Source of the DNA: Chrysomallon squamiferum
Lineage: Eukaryota; Animalia; Mollusca
Direction: 5' to 3'
Assembly: GCA_012295275.1 (NCBI GenBank)
Contig: CM022679.1
Location: 6,510,001-6,574,000 of the forward strand
DNA: 64,000 nt
The notes beneath the pieces are model-generated. The model ran no database searches. It saw only the letters and a program-made list of their open reading frames with translations, and was not told the origin of the DNA. Made by a program: the position numbers and the translations under genes. Shown piece by piece: positions 16,106 through 29,379 of the stretch (position 1 is its first letter; each line of letters starts with the position of its first letter).

Positions 16106-18835
16106 CATGTGTTTACATACATATGTACATGTATGTGTGTGTGTGTGCAAACACACATCTATAAAATTATAATCTAGTACATGTCTATTTCTCACAGTAA
16201 ATACTAACATATTTCTTAATTTAAGAAAAATATTGCCTGTTCCAGTATAGGAAAAGATTTAAGTCAGTCTTAATGTGGATAAGAACATAATCTATGGAAG
16301 GTGAATTTATATTCTTTCTCAGGCATCTGGTTTAAAAAGATAAGGAAACAAGACACCAGTAGTATGAGTTTACACTATCAGATTAACATTTCTCCACCTG
16401 TCATCACAATCAGTAGTGAATTACAGGATACCACAAACTGAAAGTGAACCTTAATATTTAGTGTAATCCTCATCTGCGAAAATGTGGCATATTGGTAAAA
16501 AATAAACTTAATGATTTTTTCAGGAATAATGAACATTAATAATTGAAAAAAACACACAAAACCCCCAAACTTGAAAATATATAATGCTTTTATAAACATC
16601 CTGAAATGTGAACTTTTTGTATGGTTTCACTAACAATGTACATGTTTTTTTTTTAATTAAGTCAGATACTTCAGCTCAGGAAAGAATATTCACCTCAGAA
16701 GAAAAAGATCATGAGTTCAAATGACATAACAGGACATGGTGTGTTTTCTAATGATAAAATGTATGTAAGTGTGACTGCATGTCGTAGCTACACTGAACAG
16801 CTTGAACAGGTATTGATATCTGTTTTAACACTAAGCCTAAATTTAAATGTCAAATTTTTTCATCGTAATAATATCTGAAAATTTAAATTGTGGAAACATT
16901 AAACATATATATTTTATAATTTAATTTTACTGCTGTTTGAAATTTTTGGAGTGTGTTTAATTTTTGTGGTATAAGACATTAAATTTAAGTTAAAATAAAA
17001 CTTTAAGCTCACCTTAAGTTGATCATATCCTCCACCCCTTGCTCCTCATCCTGAGCACTTGTACTTGGTGACGTCATCTTGTCTGTGTTACCTTCACTCA
17101 TATCTAGAAATAAAATAAAGTATAATAAAATAAATCATACCCAAACAAATAACAATAATTAAATTTGTACATACCTGTGTGTTTTAAATATGCAGTATTT
17201 ATAAATAAAAGATTCACTGATGCATGCATTTTGTTAATTTATGTAAAGATAGCTTGGGGGTTAGTTATTTCTAGCAATACTTAAAGTAATAATCTTCAAA
17301 AATTATTTTCATAACAACTGACCCTATCTATTGTTCATTAAAAAACTGAGTATGTATCCATGTGTGTATGTGTTTATGTGCATATATGTGTCAGAGTATA
17401 TCAAAAAATATATGTGAACAAGTACAAAAATCTTTAATCTTCAGAATATCCTTAAATTATTTTTTCTATTATCTATTTATGTGTCACCAAAACATTTATA
17501 CATTTTGTCTTAAACATTAGAATAAATTGTTCATGCCTTTCAAATATATAGTCAGGCTTATCTAAATTTGAAAAAAGTCCAGTTTGTTGTTGGTATGCAG
17601 AATTACACTGTAAACAGTCCAAGGTATTATCCACAAAACTTGTTCTCATGAATAGGTCAGTGGAATTTACTACCTATATGTCCTGTTGGTCAACTTTATA
17701 ATGACATAATGATTTAGAAATTTAAAAGAAAACTGTTTATTAAAATCTGAAACTTAAATCAGTGTAACAGATTAGCTATTTCAACAAATTTGTATTTATA
17801 TTCAGCCTTGTTTCTTTAAGAGCAAAGATTATGGCACTAATAATTACCACAAAATGATGTCTTAATTTGAGAAGCAAATATCATACTGGTTTTAACAACT
17901 CAGCAAAATGTATATGTACCTATTTAATGTAATAAATACAAAGATCTGTTATGACTATAGTAGGTGAGGATCTGTACACATCATAGTTATTTTCTTACTA
18001 AACAGTTAAATATTTACAGCCTTTTTGTTGGATAGAATTTAATGAGATAAGCCAAATTTTTTTTTTTTTTAGCTTTATCAGAATAACAGATCTCCTGAAC
18101 AGAGAAATAAAACTTATTTTACTTTTATTTTTAAAATTTTATCAACTAGAAAGAAATGAAAAACATCAACAGGAAATAAAATATGATTTTATGACATGCA
18201 CCTGTGGTTTCAGTGCAATGCCTTTTAGCTAAATATTTTAAACACACTTTGTAACTCATTAAAATACAGATAATTTCTTTTATCTCCATTCAAATCAACA
18301 ATATTATTTTAATTTGCTTGATACCTGGATCCTCCTGAATCACATCTTGTAAAATCTCTGTATTAGGATTCGAGATGTTTTTGCTTTCACTTTTTAAAGG
18401 TTTGAGATATTTAAAACTGCAGGTAGGTCTGACATATTTAAACTTGCAAGTGTCAAGATGTTTGCAAGAACATTCTGTTTGTGTCATTTCACACTGTGCA
18501 TCATCAGCATCTGTTTTATTTTTGCTCAAACCATTTTCAGAATCTGGCATATTTTTTGAGAAACTATCATTACTGCCTACACTGGCTGGTTTTATGTAAT
18601 GTTTCAATAATGAATTTCCAGAAAGTTCTTCAAGGATATTATCACAAGAGAAGTCAAAGTAAGTCTCTGCCATTTTGCTTTTAATAGATTCACTGCATGT
18701 ACCAGGTGCAGTAATTTTGTCCTTGACCTTTTGCAATTCTGTTCCAGTGCATTTAGAAGATTTACTGAGAAGACTGGGCTCTGATGTACAATTTGATGAA
18801 TGATTCCTCTGACTTCTTGACCAAGAATTTCCCAT
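1253..18835 (-). CDS. MYO15: Unconventional myosin class XV (MYO15/Myo10A-like), N-terminal exons; gene continues beyond the left edge
   Basis: Phase-consistent GT-AG exons: 17103-17013 (MSEGNTDKMTSPSTSAQDEEQGVEDMINLS), 8271-8208 (VLNEETILKNLKNRYAHENIY), 3013-2904 (TYTGSILVAVNPYKMFNIYGLNMVKKYEGQPLGALSP), 1327-1253 (HIFAVSSSAYVRMVKVTENQVLVIS, immediately before the GESG P-loop, which was not found in the window). GVEDM..L and VNPYKMF.IYG resemble class XV myosins. The upstream exon 18835-18325 is phase-compatible. Myosin identity is certain; the class is by recalled similarity. Confidence 0.88.
4765..5084. mobile_element. hAT (Charlie-like) non-autonomous DNA transposon / MITE, 320 bp
   Basis: TIRs CAGGGATCACCAAC / GTTGGTGAACCCTG (13 of 14 match) flanked by a perfect 8-bp TSD GTCTAAAT (4757-4764 and 5085-5092). 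Confidence 0.92.
6608..6885. mobile_element. hAT-type MITE, 278 bp
   Basis: Degenerate TIRs TGGTGGCGTGCAGA / TCTACATGCCACTG, GC-rich subterminal GATGCC repeats and an 8-bp TSD CTGTCAGG (6600-6607) / TTGTCAGG (6886-6893). Confidence 0.8.
10973..11040. repeat. (TATG)n microsatellite
   Basis: Perfect tetranucleotide run; source of the spurious IHTY ORFs. Confidence 0.97.
16052..16101. repeat. (TG)n microsatellite (similar tracts near 15674, 29163, 29344, 41582, 58921)
   Basis: Directly visible dinucleotide runs. Confidence 0.97.
18325..18835 (-). CDS. Candidate N-terminal extension exon of the myosin (about 170 aa, starts MGNSWS)
   Basis: Longest ORF in the window (197 aa in the track). ATG at 18835 lies in GACATGG context. 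It ends GAT CCA G|gtatca (phase 1), which joins the phase-1 acceptor at 17103 in frame (G+AT=Asp). Ser/Lys/Cys-rich; no recognised domain. Confidence 0.65.
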
Positions 18836-21800
18836 GTCTGACTCATAAAGTATATTATCTTGGAGAGTTAAAAAACAACTCACCTTCTCTTTGAATTTAA
18901 GCCTTAAAAGTTTGAAATCTTAAATCCATTAAATTAAATTAGTATTGACAAACATCTAAAAACATTTCTACTTTTTAAAATGAACCAAATCCATTTTGCC
19001 CATGAAGTAAGTGCAAAGAGAAACAATTTCCAACTTTAGTAATTAACCATACAAACAGTTATGGATGTATTAAGCCAATCTAAAAATGTCTAGTTTATGT
19101 TGGATTTTAATGAAGTATCCAAACAGCAAATGTCATATTTAGATTGAGATCAGAACAAACAACAGCTGGAATAGATTTTTTCCATATTGCAAGTGTCAAG
19201 ATGTTCACAAACTGCCATAGTAGTGTAATATCTGAAGATAAATATTCTCTATATACAAAAATATTCACTTGGCTATCATACAAACTTCATTTGTTTGTAA
19301 TGAGACTTCTACGTTCTGTAAGCCATATCATGACATTCTTCCTAAACAACTGACTTAATATTTCTCTGTTCTAACTAATTCTGTAATAATTACATGCAGT
19401 GGAAAAATCCTTTATACTCTCCAGACTACAAACATAAAATCAGTAGCAAATAGTTCTGAGTGTATTTATGTAAACAACTTGAAAATATTATAAACTTTTA
19501 TACTTTTAAATTATAACCATCTTTAAAATTATAAAATATAGTCAGAATCCTTTGGGTTACAAGCAACAAATAATTCACAACACAAACACATTATTTATAA
19601 GTTTGTACAACTAAAATTTCCACTGTATTCATTTTAACTGAAAGTTTTTCTTTAATTCCTTAAAGCACAGAATCTCTTTTCACACTACTTCCTGTATCCT
19701 ATTTTGCAAACAACGACCAGTTCATTAGTAGATTTTTAAATACTGCTTAAAAAACCCCAAAACAATTGTTTGTTGAATCGAATCACAAAATCCACAAAGG
19801 ACATCAATTATGAATAAACTTTTACACTCCAAATAAGGATTTTAAATTAATTTTGTTGCAGTCTGCTCAGAATTCCTGTCTAGACAGTTTAAGTTTGTTA
19901 GAGGTTGTTCATTTCAATGCATTATTACATCAGTGGGATAAGTATATATATGGTTTATATAATGGTTTTCAAATAATCATTATCACTGCACACATGTGCA
20001 GGGATTACTACAAAATGTGTGACCAGCTGGCAGCAAAATGAAAATCCATATATTGAGTAACTGATCAAATGTTTCTATTGTAATAAATCTTAGCTTGGTA
20101 AACAGGTAAACAGAGTCTGTTCATGTCAAAGTGAAACCTGAACACTTAGTGGTAAATCAGAAACTGATGTCATGTAATGGTCAGTGTAAGGGAAATAAGA
20201 AATTTAGTTTTCAATCATTTTCACTTTGAACTGGGGTTAATGTTATGTTTAAAAAATATATCTTTTGGAATAGCAGATATAACAATGATAGTTACACAAT
20301 ATTATATGCAGCATGTTTTAGATCCCCATTAAGACATACACACTCACATACATCTGATTATCAAAAACCAATGCTAAAATTACTAGTTTTAATTTAATTG
20401 TTCAAACAGTATAAAATAGTATGAAAAATATCCACCTTTCCCTCTCCAAGTTAAAAAAACCAAAACTAAAACAAATCAATTAATCAAAAAGAAAATTACA
20501 TACTGACAAAAATAATTATTATATTATTTAATATGCACCTGCTGAAGATGTATCACCTGTTACAACCTGGAACAAGCTGACACTGGTATTTCAAGATAAA
20601 TCTTCATAGTTTTCAGTTATCAAGACAAACACAATTCATTACACTTCTTCTTTTAGCACACTAATGTTGAATTATTCTGAAATAAACAGAAACAAATTTT
20701 TAAAATTTTACTTTGCATAAAATGAATGAATGAATAAAATTTATATCTATTTACTGTTACCTCAGTGTCATATCTTTGGTTTTCAGATATCAACTGTGCT
20801 TTTAGAAGTTGTTTTAAGGTTAAATTCTTAGAGATGAATGCCACAGCCATGATTTAAGATACAACTGTTATTATTTAGCAATAAGTTTATTATTATTTCA
20901 ACCTTCCCATAAATGGTAAAAGACATATGATGACAGTAATTATTACGCAACTATAAGAATTGGAAAAAAGCCTTCTAAAAAACAGTAGTTATACCAGTGA
21001 ATATTGATCCCGTGACTAAAGATAACTTAGATTATCTACCTGTTACTGACCTAGAATCAGCCCTCATATCAGTTTGTGGAATAGTTTTAAAGATACCAGA
21101 AAAATAAAAAGTCCTCACTGAAGTGTTATCAAAAACTATTTCTGCATTATTTGAACAAGTGAGATCTGTACTGAAGTTGATACCTTTTAGATATTTTTAC
21201 TAAATAAAATATAAAATTTACCACTTCAGCTATGGAAATTATTAAATTTGAATCATCATCATCATCATCATCATCATTATTATTGTTGTTACTATTATTA
21301 TTCACAGCATAATTATACAGTATTTATTCTACTTTCTAAAATAAAAAAAGCTGAATTTATTTTGAAATTGAAATAGAAATCAATTCACAGGTTGGCTGAA
21401 GAGATATGAAATGTGTGGAATTAAAACTGTTTCCACAATAAAATCACATTTGTAACATGTGTGGTGAACTGTTCTTTCTGATCAATCTGATAAGCTCCTT
21501 TTTACCACATTAAAATTCAAATTTATTAAAAGAGCTTAAGGATATCTTTTTATATAATATCTATATATTTGTATCTATATCGCTCTAGCAGTCTCTCTGT
21601 CTTTATGTCTATCTGTATGTATTATGTATGTATATGTATTTTGGTGTCTATATGTGTATAAATGAAAATTAAAACAATAAATCTGCATATGCATCTGCAT
21701 CTGTGAATATATGTGTTCATGTACATACATATCATCACCACTTAAATAAAGTATTCTTAAAAAATAATTTAAACATTTTAGTTATTAATTTATACTGAAA

Positions 21801-24800
21801 AGTATTTCTTTTATTTCAAGCAGAAGACTTTGGGTGTGGTTTCTTTGCACATAAACTGAGTCACATTGAGTTTGTTTCTGTTAAAAGTCATCAATTAAAA
21901 ATGATGAGTGAAAAGATATCAAAAGAGGCTGCTGAATGAGACAAGACAGGTATTAGACATGAGTCAGGCCATAAAACAATTTTGTTATTACTTTATTTGA
22001 CAGTAGTGATTTTTAACAAGATGAGAAAACAATGGAGTAATTGTTTGATGAGATGTCAGGATACATTTAGTTTTTCTGAGGTTTAGAATTGTGTAGCACT
22101 GAAGCACAAATGTCAAAAAACAATTTATAAAACAAAGAGAATATATCATACAGGAAATAATTACATCAATGAAATTTCTTTTTTTTTTTACCACATTTTG
22201 TTACCACATACAGATTTATACAAAAAGTGTTTATAATTCTTTTTAACCCATTTAGACCCATTATATTTTTGTACATGGTGAGACCTATGGTGAAATTTGC
22301 AAGTAACAGTATGTTCATGGACAATATTTTTCCAAATGCTAATGATGACATGAAAGAAAACAAAATAATCAGCCACATTGTTTGATAACATTCATTAATA
22401 CATTTGTACTGAACTTTATACTTTACATAAATCTTTCTTAGCTAATAAAATACCATCAAGCTTTCAAATACCACAATACATCACTGAAGAAACATTTCTG
22501 TGTAGATGGAAATGTTATTGACATGTAGTAACATATTTATTGAAGAATGCAACAGTTTATTTCAAGTAATTAAAATATCTGTAGAACAGTTGCAAGTTCT
22601 GATATTAATTTATTTTCAAAATGTTAATTTAATATATTGTTAATAATTATTTAAATTAATATTCTAAAAATATATTAACAGATTAAATAACATTTTCTTA
22701 ATTCACTACCTTGATTATCATTGTATAATTTAGTGTAGCATTAATTTTTTTTAGTAGTGGAAAGTGAAAACAAGTTAAATCAGTACATTTTTACTCATTT
22801 GTGTCAGTATTTTTTCTTTTATTAGTTTATTTGTGCTACTTTTATTATTTCTTTTTTCTCATAAATTTTTTGTTATTATTAATGTTATTGATGATTTTAT
22901 TATTACTGATTAATTATTTTTATTTCCTGTAATTAGTAATTAAGAACAAAATGATGTAATAAATGATATTATAAATGTATCTAAAATATATCTAATAATA
23001 ATATGATAAATATGTGGCAGCTGTAAGGTATGCTGATGATAAATAAAAGAGGAGACATTTTTTAACCAACGTCTGAACATGGCTTTATAACTTATATTTT
23101 GTTACTAGTATATATATACACAATACCAGGTGTAATATTAGACAAGATATACAGTATATTGAGGAATGTCTGAAAATACTTGAAATAAGGTGTGTATATT
23201 TTTTATATTTAAAGTTACTGAAATTTATTTATTATGGGAATAAACTTTTCCAAAAAAATAAAAATAAAGAACATGAAACAACTGGAATGACGTCAAATGA
23301 AAAAGAAAAATATCAACATACCTAACTGTCTGCTTACAGGTATTAATCGGCTGTATATATAACAAGCCGCAAGTGATTAGTTTTACATAGGTGTGACAGG
23401 TAAATCCAGGGGTCTGGCTGGCACTGAGCCAGCTTTTAAATATAAACATCTATAGAGGTAAACGGACAGGTTTTGCTTTACTGTGCGTGTCTATGGTTTA
23501 TGTCACAATATAGTTTAAACAAGAAGTTAGCTAAACTGAACAGAACTCACACGGTATCAATAATTTGGACATTAATTTCTGAAGATTCTCACAAAGTACA
23601 TGTCTAACAAACTAATTTTAACAACCAAACAAAATACCTGACAAAAATTGTATAAAACATTTTAATGGTTATTAGGTACCAAATATTTGTTTTTTCAAAT
23701 AATGGTATCTGAAAGGAAAAAACCCTACCATATCGCTCTAGGGGTATTTTTTAAAATAAACAATAAAGAATCCTTTATCTCCACTCTCTTATAAGAAAGT
23801 GTATACAAAAATTGATTAAAAATGCTGTATTAAACCTGCAAACTATTATTCTTCAGGCAACTCTCAAGCCTATACTGAACCGGTCCAAATTTCTTTTGAA
23901 GTGTGAACTGTTGATTTACATCTCTATCTGTAATAAATTGTCACAGTAATTTAAAACACACTTGTAGCAGTGTTACTGCATAAGTAGCACTATAGTCAGA
24001 ATAATACAAGTTTTTGCTGTAATTTAAAACAGTAAACTGTTTCAAAAGAAACTTTAAAGTCTGAGTACACAGCTTTCACTATTAAACTGTTAAGAAACAA
24101 GTGTTTACACTGCAAATCTGAACTTCTGTAGAATCACTAGTAAATTATAATAAACTCTCTGTGGTAGTAAAACATTTATTTTTAGCTAAAATATATCTAA
24201 ATTAGAATACTAACATTAAACACTATTTGTTGTCAAGATGTTAATATTTAACAGTACAGATTGTTTTTATTAACAAACATTTCATGTAACAGAAAACTTT
24301 AAACATAATCGATTGATATTCACAAATATTTATTTTCTTAATTAATTTATTTTTTATGTATTCTTAGAAACTTCTTACAATAATAACTATAGTGTATTTT
24401 TGTATTATTACTTTTTTTTAAAGGTAACCACAAAAAAGTTCTAATTTTATCATACCAACACTACAGATATATACATATTGTCAAAGTATTATCTGACACC
24501 TCTCCCCCTTGAAAAAAGTATCCTTGTTGAAGAGTGTCAATCCAGCGACAGATTACAAACAAATATCTATAATGGTAGCATACTATGAAAAAATTGCTGA
24601 ATAAGTTAATTTTGTTTTATTTTTTTTTTTTTCTATTCTCTGTCTAATCTCTCCATCAAAAATACACAAAGAATTCACTGACAATATGGCCAATTATGTG
24701 ACAAGAGCAACAGCTACTACAAGACTACATATCTCCCAAGAATATCTAGATGTAAACTATGAAGTAAACTAGTGTAACCTGATATGAACAAACTACAAAA

Positions 24801-27800
24801 GTGCCATTCACCTGAACAGTATCTTAGATGTGTAGCTATCTATTATAATACAAAATTTGTTCTTAGAAAAATAAATATATGGCACCCCAACAAATAGGTT
24901 AACTATATACCTATATAAACCTCCTGCAATATATTATTTATATGACACACCAGCACGTTTCTACAAACAGGCTAATAAGAAGCAAATATGAACATTTTAT
25001 AATACATTATTTAACAGGCACATCAGCACATATGTTAATAATTGTACCGATATGAAAAACTAATTTTTTAAATAATTTTAAAACATTATTTCAAAAATAT
25101 TTTAAAAATAGAAATAAAAATATCTTCAAGTATATGTAAGTTTTTAAAATTTGTTTTAAACATATAATTTATTTTTAATATATCAATAAGCTGATCAGAA
25201 TAAACAAAAAATTAATGTATCCACTGGTGTGAAAACATTCCCTAAATTAACAGGCCATCTGGTTTCTGAAATTTAATAAATACATATTTAAAACATTCAT
25301 AATGAACTATCAACATACGTTAAAGCAAGATTTCTAGTCAAGTTTACAATATCCATAAAATAAAAACTACACATTATTTCATGTCAACCTGTTTTATTTT
25401 TTGACATTACATTATACTTGTAATATATATAACACACATAATGAAACAGTCCCTATTTTAACACAATATAGAAAAACTTCTGTATATCCTGGTATAACAA
25501 CAAGAGGCCGGTGTACATACATCAAATGAATGTACTACAACATGAAAGACCAGAACTACTGGCCTATCCCACACCTTTGAATTAGATGTCAAAAGTAAGT
25601 CACTTCAAAAAAACTGAAAAAAAACTACCTTTTTTATTTCCCTGAACCATGAACATGAATGGATCTAGCTAAAATATTAAGGTGGACATCAAGGTCCACA
25701 TGTTTGTATGACTAGTTTTGTTCATGGGTGTAGCTGGAAACAAGTCTATTATAAAAATATGTATTATTTAAATTGTCCTTTTTATAACTCATTGAGAAAG
25801 AAGACATATTTCATTTTTGAATTACAAAAGATTTAATAATTAATGAAACTAACTAGTTGATGTTAACTAAATGATGTTTGTTTTTGGCATTAAAACTATT
25901 ATTCCTCACAACAAAATTCTCTATATAAAACAAGATATTTTGTTATTATTCTTTACAGAGAAGATGTGATGATACGAAAGATATGTAGGTTCTATATATA
26001 ATTATATTTTAATCTTATGTACTAATTGCAACCAAAATATAGTTATGTTCCTTTAAGGCTGTTTATAATAAATATATACCTCTTTAATATTTATCTTCAT
26101 ATATTAACAATCATTAAATACATTAAAAATAATAATAATAATAATAATAATAAAAATAATGAAAAAGTAAAACAAATATTTATAATGGGTTTCATTGCAC
26201 AATTACTCTACAAATACTACATACCTGACTTGTTATCTTCGTAACATTTTCTAACATCCGAGTTTGACACAAGTTCTGACCACACCTACTACATGCATGC
26301 TGCAAAATGGGGTCAGTTTATGAAGTATACATAATACTGAAGAAGATCACATAAACCAGAAAGAGACATTATTTATTTATCATCTGCCATCTCATAATTC
26401 AGTGGTCATGGTTCACTGACTGTAGAGATGGGTCAGATGACTGTAATAAAACAAGGTGACTGTGTGGGGAACCACAAGAGGTGGATAAATCTGCAGTTCT
26501 TGGATGAAATCTTTGTAATTATTTAATGGATAAATTTATGAAGAATGCATGAATGAATGGATGAAAATCTTCAATTAAAAATCCTTATAATGTTTATCTA
26601 TTTAACAAAACTTCAAAATTTATACTGACAATTATTAGGTAACAAGCATATGCTATTTAAATTTTTATAATGATGGTATGAAATCCGAAACTCCAGCAAT
26701 CATTTGAAAGGATTTTTTTTATATTCACAGACAGGAAATAAATGATAGGGTACTGGTTGGAATGGGGCAAAGGCCACAGGATATTTGGATGATGTCATAA
26801 CAGTGTGAGTATATGAAAGTGTATTACATATCATCTTAGTATCTTCACTGGCAATGATGTTATCATACATTTTATATTATATTAGTATTGTAAGACCTTT
26901 GTGGTCAGCAGACCATGACTATTACAGCACACAAATGCACATATTTATTTTAAAAAGTGTGTGTGAATTTATTTATTTATATATTTGTTTATGATAAAAA
27001 AGCGCAGTTCAGTTTTACAGCTTCCATCTTAAAATATCTTGTCAGTTTGCTGAGCTGACAATTATACAACAGTTTATTCAATACAATTAAAATATCTGTA
27101 AATTTAAACAGCAAAGATAGCCAATTACAGTGGATGGCTAGTGTGGTAGGTTGTAGGCTCAAACCTTCTTGTCTCTTGATTGTTTTTTTTTTTTGTGGGT
27201 GTTTTTTTTCAGATTTAAAAATAACTAAATTTCAGTTTGTAAAAATAAAATGTTTAACAGTTTCTAAACCAGTTATTTTTATGGATGCAAATTATTCATG
27301 TGATATTGCAGTGGAATTATGAGACCAAAATCACTATACAAAAAAAAAAAAAAAAAAAAAAATCATTTTTTTTTAATGATTAATTGCCAAAATTAAAAAA
27401 ATACATAATATTAATATTAATTATATAACATTCTCTGTATTTTTCCATTCACAAGAAAACAAATAATATCAATGCCTAGAGTATGCTGGATCTTAGTATC
27501 TATCACATACAGAACACCAACTGTTATTGTTTGTGAGCCCTGGGCTTGCTAATCAGAGCAGTGGTGGAAATGGACTTTCTGTGATACCATTATTATATAA
27601 AAAGTAGCTAATATCTCTATTAAAACATATTAGATGCATTTAGACAACCACACAATTACTAAGCGCAATACTGAAAATAAAATGATAAGCAGTTCATTGG
27701 GGATTGGAGAATATTTCATTCTATCAATATTAATCAGTCAGTTATTGATTTGTTTCAGGTAGTGGACATCAGTATATATGTCACATTTCACTGGCACATT

Positions 27801-28632
27801 AACTAATATTGATGAAATAATTATCAATATCCTCACAACAGAAACATGAACTGCCTGTTTAAGAGGAGAAACATGTAATTTTAGAGAAATATTTAGTTTA
27901 TTACACACTATTTATAACCTACAAAATTAAATACATTTCATTTTTCACTGCTATGTTCAAAATGTGTGTGTGTGTGTGAATAAATATGTAATCAAATCTG
28001 TATGTATATGTTGTATATTTTTTTCTGTATTAATATATTTATCATATCTACAATATTAATAATACAAAGTCATTAAAATGTTCAACTAGGAAAAATATGT
28101 AATTTATATGTAACAAAAGGAGTCTGTATATGCATATAGCATCCATGTGTGTGTGTGTGTGTGTGTGAAATAAGCGTAAAAACATTTGCTATATGTGTAA
28201 TTGTTTATCAATCAGACTCAGAGAGATACCAAACAAGACATTAGTTTACACTCTTAATTAATATTTTTATTTAAACAAAGACTAACCTAACGTTGACAGA
28301 AATTAAACACAAATCTCAGCTCATGTGTGATTTATTCCTTGAATCTTTAACAATTAATTAAACATGACAACCAATAAGGGTGGGGATGAGGTATTTGTCA
28401 GAACAGGGAAACTCTAGAAGTGTAATTTGTTTTGTCAGTTCAAAGATTTGTTTTCTACTCAGCAAAACTTCAGATATCTACATTTCAGTGTACATATAGT
28501 GTGATGTCAACAGTAATACTGTTACAGATAGGATGAAATTGTGAGTGCATGCATGCATGTAATGTATGAAACATAAGAATAAAATATGTACATATTTAAA
28601 AAACTTTATGTCTGAATATATGTATGAATATC

Positions 28633-28664
<32 letters not shown>

Positions 28665-29243
28665 ACAGAGACACACACACAACATCATATATATGAATGT
28701 GTAAGCATATATGCATATTTGTATATATATAAATATTTATATACGTATACTCTTGTTCCCAACAACTTCATATAATCACTGTGCTTATAAGATAGCAATG
28801 TTAAGAAAAACTGCCATGAAAACAAATTATTATTCTATCAATAATTTTATTCATCTTTCTATTAGCATCCAATAGAAATGTAATTAAGATCCCACAGTAA
28901 TATGTTTTGATACTAATTGACAATTAAAATATCTGTGTCAAACGTTAAATAATTATGATATATCAGCTGTCAGCAAATTATGTTTATCAGATATTAATAA
29001 GATGTGTAAAATGTTATTAATGGCTACAGGCTTATCTCTGTCACAAAGTTTAATAAGATATATCTTAATCTATGATTTCATATATATTTTTATGTATATG
29101 ATTTTTGTTTATGCCTGTGTTTTTCTCTGTTTGGTAACTATTTATATGCATTAATAAACAAATGTGTGTGTGTGTGTGTGTGTGTGTGTGTCTGTATATA
29201 AGAATATATCCTTGTGTGCATACATGCATGTATTTGTCTGTGC

Positions 29244-29332
29244 ATGTATTTGTGTGATGACAAAAATATATATGTATTTGTGTGATGATAAAAATATATA
29301 TGTATTTGTGTGATGACAAAAATATATATGTA
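29244..29332. repeat. Minisatellite, about 28-bp unit atgtatttgtgtgatgacaaaaatatat x3
   Basis: Three near-identical units lying between a (TG)n tract and a (CA)n tract. Confidence 0.85.
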
Positions 29333-29342
29333 TATATTGATG

Positions 29343-29379
<37 letters not shown>

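Noticed and set aside
21040-21183. Possible extra phase 1-1 myosin exon (INFSTDLTCSNNAEIVFD...RSVT)
   Set aside because: Weak purine-rich acceptor, non-consensus donor and no recognisable homology; an open frame of this length can occur by chance.
25497-25740. aacaagaggcc-initiated segment resembling molluscan non-autonomous repeats
   Set aside because: No TIR, TSD or second copy in the window to define an element.
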